NCBI GenBank assembly: GCA_965644315.1 | Contig: CBFFRQ010000092.1 | Span: 62,001-126,000, forward strand | Source: Caecitellus pseudoparvulus | Taxonomy: Eukaryota > Protista > Bigyra: Bicosoecida | Direction of reading: 5' to 3' | DNA: 64,000 bases | Shown: piece after piece, positions 45,144 through 57,100 of the stretch | How positions within the stretch are numbered: position 1 is the first letter of the stretch | How the letters are laid out: each line of letters begins with the position of its first letter | The notes under the pieces: model-generated | What the model saw: only the letters and a program-made list of their open reading frames with translations | What the model was told of the DNA's origin: nothing | Databases searched by the model: none | Position numbers and translations under genes: made by a program

Positions 45144-48100
45144 TTAGTCAAAGAGGCCGCCAAGCCCCTCACTGCTGTCTGTCTCGGATCCGGTGTAGTC
45201 TGACTCGGAAACCTCGGAGTCGGAGCTGCCAAAGAGGTCATGACTGTGGTCGGGCGCAGCAGCTGCGCGTGCGGAGCCCTTGCTGCCAGAGATCTTGGCG
45301 CCCAGGGACTCCATGGCGGTCTTGCGCACGGCAGCGGGGAGGGCAGAGGCGGAGGCGATGGGGTGCACGGCGCGCATGGAGGCGTTCTTGCCGTACATGT
45401 TCACCACGAGGTGGATGCCGCTGCGCTTGGGCTCCTTGATGGCGGGCTCCGCGGCGGCCGCACCACCGGCCTCCTCCTCCTCACCTTCGCCCTCCTTGGC
45501 GGACGAGCTGCGGCCGAAGAGGGAGGAGAACCAGGACTTGCCCTTGCGAGAGGACTCGGTGGACTCTGACGCGTCACTGCGGCTGGAGCGTCGTGCCCGG
45601 CCACCTCGCCCGCGGCCGCGCCGGCCACGCGGTGGCGCAGTGCCGCCAGTGCTGCTGGCATCCTTGGGGGGGCGGCCTGGATCCTCGATGCGCACGCCGT
45701 TGATGTACAGGTATGCCTTGCCTGCCTCGAACAGGACGCCGATGCGGTCCCCCATGCCCGGCTTGAAGGAATCGGATGAGCCAGGCAGCTTGGTGCCCTC
45801 GATCTTCCAGTACTGGGCGCCGATGCTGGACATGTTGGTGCTGCCGTCATGCGTGCCGCGCTCGCCCCGGCCCTTGAAGATACCCACCTCCAAGTACCCT
45901 GACCAGGTCGTCTCCATGCGGTTGATCTCGAACTCCATGTACCCGGGGTCAGTGAAGTCGGTCTCGGAGAAGACGTGCGCGTGGTAGGAGGAGGTGCGGT
46001 TGGCCACTGCACCCGGCATGCTCACGCCACCACCTGGGATGGAGATGGTGGCACCACTGGCGGTGTCGCGCTCCTCCGTCAATTCGTGGTCGCGAATGTC
46101 CATGCGGGAGGACGCCGTGCCGCGGTGCCAGGACAGCAGCTGGTGGTACTTGGCGCACTTCTTCATGGCCAGGCGCTTGCGCACAGCCTCCCGGCGAGTC
46201 ACCATGGCAGAGGCAGCCAGCTCGCGCTCACGGTCACTGAGGGCCACTGCCGCGGCATCTCGCGCCACGCCCTGCACGATGGCCAGCTGGCGCTGCAGCA
46301 GGGGCACGAGGGCGTCACGGTAGGCACGTCGCAGTGCGACGCTGCGGGCGGAGCCCGCCGAGGCGAAGTAGCCGTTGGGGCCGACAGGCGCGGCATCCTC
46401 CTCGTCGTCGTCGTCATCCACATCGGCTTCAGGGTTGGTCCACTCCCACTCCCTGTCCGTGTCGTAGCCCGTGGTGGCCTGCACCACCTCCTCCAGCTCC
46501 ACCACATGCTCGGCCACCAGCGGCTTCAGCACATCCCGGTCGTACGCCGTCACCGATGCGACCAGGCGGGCCAGGGAGTGCAGCTGCGACACGGCAGCCT
46601 TGAGCTGGGCGCGCTTGCCCTCCTCCTTCAAGCTCATGGCCAGGATGGCGCAGTTCTGCACGACGCGGTACGCCGCGAAGGCAACAGAGGCGGCTGTGAT
46701 CTCGCTCTCCACCTCTGCCAGCACAGCCGAGTCACGCGCCAGCAGGGCCGTGGCGGTGAGCTTGGGCAGCGCAGCGCGCATGGAGCGTGCTGCGACAGAC
46801 AGGGACTTGACTCGGCGTGACACGAGGTCGAACTCTGCCGCGGAGCCCTTGCCAGTCTCGATCTTGACCAGTTCCCGCGTGCAGGTGCCGGAGGTGTGGT
46901 AAGGGCCGTTGCAGCCCCAGCACCACTCGTGGCTGCACTTGCGGCAGGTCATGTGCGGGCAGCCCTTGTTCTTCTCGATGCGCACGCCGCACTTGGGGCA
47001 GGGCTTGGTCATGCTGAGCATGAGGGAGAGGCTCTCCATCTCAGACGCGGACAGCTCCAGGAAGCCGCGCTTGCCGCGCCAGTCCTCCATGAAGGAGCAG
47101 GGCACTGGTGCGTGGGCAGGCAGCCCGCAGTTGACGCACTTGACCAGCCCGGAGCCTGGTGGGCCCATCTCGGCGGGGAAGTGCTTCAGGCGTGCAGCGG
47201 CACGGTCCTCCTTCGTCATGCCTGCCTTTGACTTGGGCTTGCTTTCCTTGCTCTCGGCCGCAGCGCCGCCGCTGCTGGAGGCAGTGGGCGCGGGGCGCTT
47301 GGCACCTGCGTCCGTCACCTTCACCACAGTGGGCAGGGGAGGGAAGAACAGGCGGAAGTCCAGGGAGTCGGTGGCGGCACTGGCGGGCGCGGGGCGCTCC
47401 GCCGTCACGCCTGAAGACGGCACCAGGCTCTTGGCGAGGCCCCACAGCGAAGCAGTGGGGGGACGGTACAGTGCTGAGGGCGTGTAGGGGGACGCCGTCG
47501 GGTTGGACAGCGCCGTCAGCGGCGCGTCGCCGGAAGAGCCCATGGTGGCCGACACCGCCAGCATGGCAGAAATGGCGATGCCCTCCAGGGAGGAGTCGGC
47601 GCGGTACAGGGAGCGCCCGGCAGCGCTGGGCTCGTCGCCCGCCGTGGCGCCAGAGCTGGTGGCCACAGCAGGCCCTGACGCGAACTCGTCTGCCAGGACA
47701 GTCTCCCGGAAGTGCTTCACGTCCTCCTCAGCGATGCCGGCGCCCTCGAAGTCGTAGGAGGCCAGGGCGGCACTGCACTTGGAGGCCCAGCACTTGATGT
47801 GGGCGTCTCCTTGGCGCACCTTGCCGACTACGTGGGCGCGCCAGCAGCCGGCGCAGGAGCGGTGCCCACACCAAGCGGCAAAGGTGGAGGAGAAGGGCAC
47901 GTCGTCCAGGCACACGGGGCACTCGAACTCCACGCGGCTGCCGAGGTCAGCCAGGGTGCTGCGCAGCTCAGCAAGGCTGGGGGCGGGGCCGGACCAGCCC
48001 GAGGCTGCCGCGTCTGCAACGGCCGCCTTGAACGCGGCGCCACCCTCCAGCAGGCCCGCGTGCTGGTGCTTGTGCCCGGTGCACACGGGCACTGCCTCCA

Positions 48101-51100
48101 TGGGGGACAGGGGGTGTGTGGAGGGCGCCGCGTCGCCCAGGTGGCGGGGCAGCGGCCACAGGAAGGGGTTGGCTGCCCCCAGAGCCTGCAGCGTCTCCTC
48201 CGTGAAGCCGGAGGAGACGTCCACGCCGGCCTCTGCCAGGGCAGCCGCCAGGATGGACGCGGAGCTGGGCACAGCAGAGGTGTCCTCTCCCGCATCCTCC
48301 ATGGCGGTGACGAGGGAGGCAGCCTGCAGCAGCAGGCCCACGGCCGTGCCGGCGGGCTCTGCAGTTCGGCCGGCCTGGGCGCGCAGGTTGGCCTGGGCCA
48401 CCAGCCAGCGCTCCAGCAGCACATCCACGCGCCAAGAGCAAGCTCGCAAGAGGACCTCTGCGTCAGCCAGGGAGACGGTGAGGGCGTCGGCAACTGCCTT
48501 GCACAGCTGCATGACCTTGGCTGCGAGGCCAGAGGCGGGGGATGCCCCCGCGCCCTCAGTCAGCAGCGCCTTGGACTGGGCCCCGCCGGCAAGGGAGGAG
48601 CCATGGGCGGCAGCCGAGGCACCAGAGGGGGCGGCCAGGCCGTGGTCCGTGGAGAACTGGCGCGTGAGGGCGCCCAATCCAGCAGGAGGGCCGGGGGGCG
48701 GCGGGATGTCATCGTCGCCCATCGGCACGCCTGTGCCGGGCAGCTGGCTGGCATCCACCGAGCAGATGGCCGCCAGGGCTCGCTGCGCAGCAGACAGCGC
48801 CTGGCGCTGGGCGGCAGAGGTGTCCGCAGCCGGCTCGGCGTGCTTGCTCTCGGCAACGCCGCCCATGTAGTCCTCCTCTTTGCCCTCGCCCGCCTCCATG
48901 GGCGGGCGGCTGCTCAGCACCGCCGTGCCTTCGCAGACGTCGGGCACAGAGGAGAAGGTCGCGAGGCCGGCCAGGTCCTCCGCCGTCTCGTCCGGGACGT
49001 AGGCCAGGGCGGGCTCGGAGCCCATGAAGCGCTGCTCGCCGCCCAGCGCCTCTTCATCCTGCTCCATGGCAGTGCTCAGGGCAGCCAGCAGGGCTGCGAC
49101 GAAGTTGGGCGTCTCCATGGACTTGTCCTCGTTGCCACCTGGCGTGGTGGTGGCGGGTGCCTCCTCAGGCTCCTCCTCCTGCAGCTCAGACTCGGCCTGG
49201 GCGTCGGCCAGGGCGCCCATGAAGGACGACAGCGTCTCTTCATCGATGTCGTCCCCTGACAAGTCCACGACGGCCGTCGTGCCTTCCTCGATGGCTGCCA
49301 GCAGGGGCGCCAGCTTGGGGTCGGCGTCCTCCTCCGAGCTGGAGGACAGCAGGAGGTTCTTCAGCAGGCTGGTGTTCACGGTGACCTTGGAGGAGCCCTC
49401 CAGCTCTGTCACATCCAGGTCCCCTGACCGGGCGCTCTCTTCCTTCGGCGTCCCCTTCACCTGCTCATACGCGTCCAGGAGGCGCTTGAAGAAGGCCAGC
49501 AGCTGCAGGGCACCTTCCCGGGACCACACGCGCACGCTGGCTTGGCGCAGGTACCCTGCCGTGACCAGGGACGTCACGCAGCTGGAGAAGTCGTCCCACG
49601 TGACTGGGAAGCGCCCAGCGACGTCCTCCACCACGCGCGCGTGCACGGTGCGCAGCGGCAGCATGGCCATGCCCTTGCAGGCCGAGACGATGGCGGCCTT
49701 GAGCACGACGCGGCGCCAGGTGCGCACCGAGGCGCGAGCCAGGGCCTTGTCGCTCTCCGACTCGCCGCCGTCCTGCTCAAGAGCGGACAGGGTCACGCGG
49801 TGCACTGTAATGCTGCTGCGCTGGGAGGCGAAGGCCGTGTTCAGCACGAACAGCGTGCCAGCGGGGAAGGCGTTCTGCACCGTGCCGGCCAGTGTCACGC
49901 CGTGGCCTGGGGCCTCCAGCGCATCCGGCGGCAGCTGCGCCGTGAGCAGGTCCTGCCCAGGGGCGGTGAGGGCGAGCAGTGCCGCCTCCACGTCCACACG
50001 CAGCGTGCGGGCCTTAGCTTCGCAGTCGCTGTCGGAGTGCCCTAGAAGGTGCAGGGGGGGCATGAGGGCAGCGTGGATGTGCTCCACAGGCACCTGGATG
50101 TCGTCCCCCGCCCCTGCCGTATCAGAGTTGAACAGCTCCAGGATGGAGCCCTGCAGGGTGGTCAGCGTCACCTCCCCGTGCCAGCGGGGCAGCTTCACGC
50201 TGAGCGTGATGGGGGACACATGCAGGGCCCAGTGCAGCTGCCGGTTCCCCACCGCCGCCTTGATGCCGGAGTGCCCGCTCTTCACCAGCCCGCTCGTGCG
50301 GGCGGTCGCAGCCGAGGAAGACTTGGCGAAGGGGGAGGTGAGGGGTGCTGCCGAGGGACCAGACACGCTGCCGCCAGAGGCCAGTGCCACCAGCTTGGGC
50401 GCGTCGGGGATGCTGCCCACCTGCGCGTCCTCCAGGTTGCCGAACAGGTGCGCCGTCACGAAGTGTGGGTACACGCTGCGGGCCAGGGTGGAGGCCTCTG
50501 CGGGGGACAGCTGCGCCAGCGCCTGCATGAAGCCGGGCGGCGTGGCGGTGAGCGTGCTGTCGCTGGCGGGGTGGTACCCGTCGCCGTGGAAGACGCTCTC
50601 GTACGTGTGCAGGACGGCGGCCCATGCAGGGGGCAGGGAGAAGGTCGCCCCGAAGCCCTGCAGGGGGCCGTGCCAGCGGTGTCCGCAGCCGACGAAGGCG
50701 CTGATGTCGCCGTGCATGACAGCTTGGGACAGGGAGGCGGGCAGGGAGGGCACTGCGCCCAGGCCCAGGGACACTGCCAGGGAGGTGGGCACGATGGAGG
50801 TCGTGGGCGCGGTGGGGGCAGTGGGTGCCGCAGCAGGCACAGCCACCGCCTCGCCGCCGTCCTTGGACTCGAGGGACCCGGACAGCAGCGCCGACAGGTC
50901 AGCCGCCTGGTCCGCGGGCATGCTGCCCAGCAGCTCCGCCACCTCGCCCGCTGCATCGCCGTCCGCGGCGCCGGTCTTGGACTCGGCAGCTGTGCGCGCC
51001 GCGACGGCAGAGGCGACGGCCTGGGCCTGCAGGCGGCGCTGCAGGGGCGTGTTCAGCGCCGAGGCGGTGTGTGCGTCCACCAGCAGCTCGCAGGCGCGGA

Positions 51101-54100
51101 ACCAGTGCTCTGCAGTGGCCTGCAGCACGAAGCCGGACGTCGCGTCGCCAGGCTGTGCGCCCAGCTGCGTGGCGCCGGCCGCGGCGGGGGTCCATGCGGC
51201 GGGCATGGAGGCGACAGAGAGGGGGGCAGGCATGCCCAGGGGGGGCGCGCCTGCTCCGCCCAGCGCCTGCACGCTGTTTCCGCCCGCTGGCATGGCGCCC
51301 AGGCGAGCAGACATCATGGCGGGGTCGGTGCCGGCGGCTTCACGAGCCTCGGCAAGGCCCGCGTCCTCCTCATCGCCGCCCTGGCCGCCGCCTCCGCCCC
51401 CAATGAGCATGTCCTCCACCTCGGAGTCAGTGTCTACGTCGGCCATGCCCCCTCCATCTCGGCGGGAGGAGCGGATCTTGCTGGTCTGCCCCGCCAACCA
51501 CGCAGAGCGCTTGCGGTAGGAGGCAGAGCCTGCCGTCAGCACGGCCGACTTGGAGGCAGGCTCCGCGAGCGTGTTGCCACCACCCAGCGCCTTGAGCACA
51601 GACGCCTCGGCAGCGAGGCCGATGGAGCGCTGTGCGACGAGGCGGCGAGCCAGGTGCTGGGTGTAGACGGGGGCGGTGTCGGCGCCGGAGCCCAGCGCGA
51701 CGACCAGCTGGGACACCTGGCGGCACATGTCCACACGGGAGGCGACGGAGGTGGAGCCGCCCACGGCGACGTCCGCGACGCTGTCGTTGATGACGGCCTG
51801 GATCTCAGCCATGAGTGCCTCTGGGCTGGCTTCGCTGTCCAGCAACACGTGCAGGGCACGGCAGACGGCAGCGGCGATGTCCCCTGCCGCAGACGGCGCG
51901 AGGGCGGAGTACGCTGACCGCAGGATGGACGGCACACGGGCTGCGAACTCTGGGAAGCGCCCGAAGACCTCGGCAGACGCAACGTCCTGCAGGCGGCGCA
52001 TGTGGTGCAGGAGAATGCCCACGGTCTTGGCAGGGGTGGGGGCGGTGGACGCCTCCCCCAGCATGGACACGGTGGCGGCGTGGGCAGCATCGCACCAGAC
52101 GGCGAGGAGGGACAAGTACTGAGGCCCACGCTCGAAGGCGACGAAGTCACCGGAGGGCAGCACCACGGGTGCAGGCTCAGGCTCGCGTTCGTCCTCGCTG
52201 TCCGTCTCAAACGCGGCACCCTTGGGGCGGGGGTTGCCACCCTCCTCGTACCACTGGATGCGCTCCATCTCAGGCAGCTCGCCAGACCAGCCAGAGCCGC
52301 CCTGGCCGGAGTCCCACGTGATAGTGCAGTTGGAGCCGCTGATGTTGGTGATGACACCCTTGCTGGCTGCCGTCGCGCTGCCCCACCCATGGGCCACGGA
52401 GGTCAAGCCAGGCTTCACACGCACGCGGTCACCCACCTTGAGCGGGCTGGTGTCAGGCTTCTTGCGAGTGCGGCGGCGGCGGCGGCGGCGGCGTGCCGGC
52501 ACAGCCACGGAGGAGCTCTTGCTGGCCATGCCCTCCACGCTGAGGGGGTCGTGGCGCGCCACCAACACAGTGAGCTGGGCCGCCACCTCCTCTGGCAGCT
52601 TGGAGGCCCAGTCGCCCGCCAGGCCCAAGTCGTGGTGGCTGCCTGCTTCCGCCTCGGTGGGCGGCGGCATCAACACGCCCGTCGCGCCGTCGGTGTGCAG
52701 GCCGGCAGTGGAGGCCCCTGCCGAGACGGCGGCAGCGCCTGCCACCACCCCTGGCGGGGGCAGGGAGAAGAACATGGCAGAGGTGCCCGTGGCGGTGCCA
52801 GCGGCGGTGATGAGGCTGCCAACGTGGGCCTCGATGCCGTCCGCGGCACCCTGCATGGAGTCCTTTGCAGACACGGTGGCAAGGCCTGGCCCAGTGGGCG
52901 CCACGGCCTCTGCTACGGCCGGAGCATCCTCCATGATGGGCATCTTGCTGGTGGGGGACTGCAGCGTCACCTTGGCGCTGGCCAGGGTGCTGGCTGCCGC
53001 CGCGTACAGGGGCGTCTTGCCGTCCCAGCTCTTGGCGATGCTCCACTTGAGGATGAGCCCCGTCGTGCCACCCGAGTCGCGGTGCAGCTCCACGAGCTTC
53101 TTGTCGCAGTCTAGCACCCACCGGTACACGTGCCCGGAGCTCATGCCGAGGGAGGAGCCAGCTGGACCCTTGGTGGCCTTCTGGAAGCCCGATCCAGAGG
53201 GGGACGAGGAGGACATGTCCAGCTTGTTGCCGTTGTAGTACAGGCCGTTGGAGTCACCGTGGCGCAGGCACCAGGAGTTGGGGCACTCGGACGAGCCCAG
53301 CAGCTGCGTGTAGCGGTCCACATGCAGCTTGCTGCTCTTGGGCACGATGCCGATCTCGGTGGAGGTGCCGCCGGTGGAGCCGATGAGGCACTTCCACGTG
53401 TGCTTGCCCTTGGTCCAACCCTTGGAGCTGCGCACACCCGCCGTGCAGGATGGCGCGGAGTTCGTGCGGAAGGACGCCATCATGTCGCCGTCCGTCAGCT
53501 TCGTGTGGGGGCTCTTGGTTGCGGAGTCCCACTTCCAGCCCTTGGCGGACTTGTACTTGCCAGAGGGCCTGGCCTTCTTCGCCTTCACAGCTGGCGCAGT
53601 GACGACGTGCAGGGAGCTGGACTTGGCGGCAGCTGCCAGCACGAGGCCGTCCAGGTACGAGTGCACGAGGGTGCGGAAGCCGAGGCCCTCTGTGACGCCG
53701 GGGCCAGAGGCGGTGGGATCCAGGGGGGAGGAGCCCTTGATGTACTTCATCAGCCCGCCGGACATGTGCTGCAGCTGCTCCCCCTGCAGAGGTGCCTGGG
53801 CCATGCTGGCTGCCAGCGCCACCTGGGCCACCAGGGGCTTGGAGATGGGGCTGGGCAGCAGCAGGCTGCAGAAGAGGTCAGGTGTCCAGTTGCAGCTCAG
53901 CACGGCGGCGCCACGCGGCTTGGTCAGGGCCGCCACGATGGCGTCCTTGGTCAGGGAGATGGCTTGCAGCGCCGCGACGGCGGGGCTCTGCACGGGCCCC
54001 ACGTCCAGTGCTCCGCGCGCGATGGCCGAGTCCGCCGCCTCCTTGGCCTGCACAGCCTTCACCCGGGCGGCGTGCATGGCAGCCTGGAAGTGCAGTGCAG

Positions 54101-57100
54101 ACAGCATGAGCAGGCGGGGGCGCAGGAAGGACGCGTAGCGCGCCACAAGGGGCAGGCACACCAGAGGGCTCAGCACGGAGAAGGCGGTGGGGTTCAGGTC
54201 CAGGGCGGGGGACGCCTCCTTGCTCTCTGCAGCCGCTTCCGGGGCGGCGGCGCCCTGCGTCAGCACAGGCTGTGCCGCGGCAGCACTGGCCGCAGCGCAG
54301 ATGGCGGCGGGGGCCCGACCGTACATGAACCCGGAGAAGGCAGCCAGGGTGTGCAGGGAGATGTGCCCGGACCAGATGGCCTTGCGCACGGCTCCCTTGG
54401 CCTTGCCCACGTCCATCCAGAACGCCACACCCTCGTTCACCTCCAGCTCGGCAGCGCTCATGCCCTTGGTCATGGCTGAGTCGCCGCCTGCTGCGGAGCG
54501 TGCTGGTGCAGGCAGTGTCGCGCCTGGCACAGCAGGCTCACGCCCATGCACCTCCTGGTACAGCTGAGCCAGGCTCTGGTGCATGAGGACGAAGCCCGGC
54601 GCAGAGCCTGGGCGCACGTCCGCCAGGCCGGCGCAGGACTCGAAGCAGGACACGCCGGAGGCCAGGGCGACGTCCAGGATGCCCACTGCGAACTGCACCA
54701 GGATGCGCTCGCGCGCCTGGTCAGCCTTGCTGCAGCCCGGCTTGGAGGACGGCAGCAGGCAGTCCCACAGCGTGCCTGCGACAGAGCCCACTGCCGCGCC
54801 GCGCAGGGCAGAGTCCAGCAGGGCGGAAATGCTGGCGGGGGGCGACGGGCCGGTCGGCTTGTCGGACTCTGAGCGTTCGGCAAGCCACGCCTTGTACGCC
54901 TTGATGACGTGGACCTTGTCCTCTTCGGGGAACTCTTGCTGCATCTCGGAGATGGCGGCACTCCAGCCTGACTGGGAGGGGAAGTCCACCTTCATCTTGG
55001 TGTCCGAGGTGATGCTGACGACAGTGCCCACCTCGCCGTGCTTCACGCTGCCCCAGCCGTACTGGGGCTTGCTGCAGCTGCGCTTGACAGAGCACTTGTC
55101 GCCGGGCGAGAAGGTGGTGGCTGTCGCCTTCTTCAGCACCTTGATGGCCTTGGAGCGGTGGGAGCCCGCGAGGCTCTTGGCGATCTTGGGCATCGCCACG
55201 ATGGTGTCCCACTCGGACAAGGCGGGCTTGGGCATGCCGCGAGGTCGCGAGGCGGAGGACACCTCGTCTTCCTCGGAGGAGGCGAACTCGTCCTCGTCGT
55301 CGGAGTGTGCGAAGAAAGACCCAATGTCCCAGGACTTGGGGCCCTTGCTGCCCTTGCTGGCCTTGCTGCTCTTGGAGGCGGAGGACTTGGTGCCGCCCTT
55401 GACGATGACGGCCAGGGTGGCGGGGTTGGACACGAGCGTCTCGCCTGCCAGCGCCACGCTGCGAGTGGCCAGCGCGTTCATGGCTCGCAGCAACTGCCAG
55501 CGCGTGACGGCCAGGCCCAGGTTCAGGCCCGCCAGCGCCTCCTCGGTGCTGCTCACGGAGCCCATGCCAGAGGCGGAAACATCACGCAGCTGCTGCTGCA
55601 GGGCCAGCGCGCGGGAGGCCAGCGTCATGACCGTGGGCAGGGAAGCCACGTCCAGGTCGCCCAGCGACCCCTCCTTGCGAGCCTTCTGGTCGCTCTGCAG
55701 GCGCGCACCTGCCGCGCTGATGGGCCCGGGGCCCCAGATCAGCAGGCGGGCCACACGGGCGTACAGTGGCGGCGCCTGGGCCCAAGCAGCCAGTGTCTCC
55801 GTCGCAGTGGTGGTGCCAGCTGCAGGGTCAGAGGGCGTCGCGGGCGTGCCGGCGGCAGCTCCGCCGGGCGCCGCGGACGTCGGGCGGGCGGCGGTGGGGG
55901 TGGGCTCTGCGTTCAGAGCGGCGTACTGGGAAGCCAGCTGGGACGCCAGTACACGGGCCATGGTGGCAACGGAGGAGGCCAAGGCTCGCTCGGCGGCGGC
56001 GGGCAGGGCACCCTCCCCTGTGCTGCTCGCCACGGCAGGCATGGCCAGCAGCGCTTGTGCCACCCGGAGAGCGAGAGTGGGGTGCAGGCCAGCGGCGGCC
56101 ATGAGCAGCTGAGAGGACACTTCCGACAGGGGCGGCAGGGCAGCTGCCTTGCCGCTGGCGGCGCCAGCTGTGAGCTCCTGGGCCGCGGCGGCCTCGGAGG
56201 CGGCTGCCTCGGCAGCTCCGCCGACGTCCACGCCGCCAAAGACGGGGTCGGCAGTGGCCAGGGATGCGGGGTCCACCTTGGGCGCAGGGGGCGCTTCCTT
56301 GGCGGCCTTCTTGCCCTTTCTCTTGCGCTTGGAGCGCGTGCGCTCCACGGAGGAGTCACTGTCAGAGTCAGCCGAGTCAGCGTCAGAGTCACTGCCGGAA
56401 CCCGCCTCCGAGTCAGAGCTGGCCTTGGCCTTGGCCTTGCGCTCAGCACGCTTGCGGGCCACCATCTGCTCGTGGGTTTCCTTGGGGGCCGTGTCTGCTG
56501 CGGCTTCCTCAGCTGCAGCCGCTGCCGCTGCCTCGGCGTCGACGGCAGCCTGGCTCATGCTGAGCGTGAGCAAGCCGTGTTCGGGGTGCGTGCAGATGTC
56601 CAAGATGGTCTTGCCCAGGGACATGATGGCAGGCGGCACCTCGCCCGACTCGTCACCGTCCCCCAAGTGCTCGGAGGCCTCCTGGATCAGGCTGCTGCGC
56701 ATGACGGGGTCAGACAAGTATGCCACGACGGCCTGCAGGAGGGGCACCTTCATGCTGATGCTGTCCATGCCGAGGGCAGCGCCTGCCATGGGCGCAGGGG
56801 CCCGCACGAGGCTCAGCAGGCCCTGCACTTGGGTGAGGATGGCCCCCGCTGGAGGCGAGCTGCTCTCGCGACCGGCCATATCTGGCACCGGCGCGAAGTC
56901 GCCGGGGTTTACCTCGGCAGAGGCAGCGGGGACGGGCAGCGCGCCGTCGCCCCGGGAGGCGACGTCCTCCAAGTCGGCCTTGATGCCGTCCACGACAGCC
57001 TGGGGCAGGCTGCCCTTGGCCACATACAGGTCCAGGAGGGGGGAGAGATGGCGCCAGGACAGCACGGCTCCAGCCAGCGCCGGCGCGTCGCCCAGCGCCT

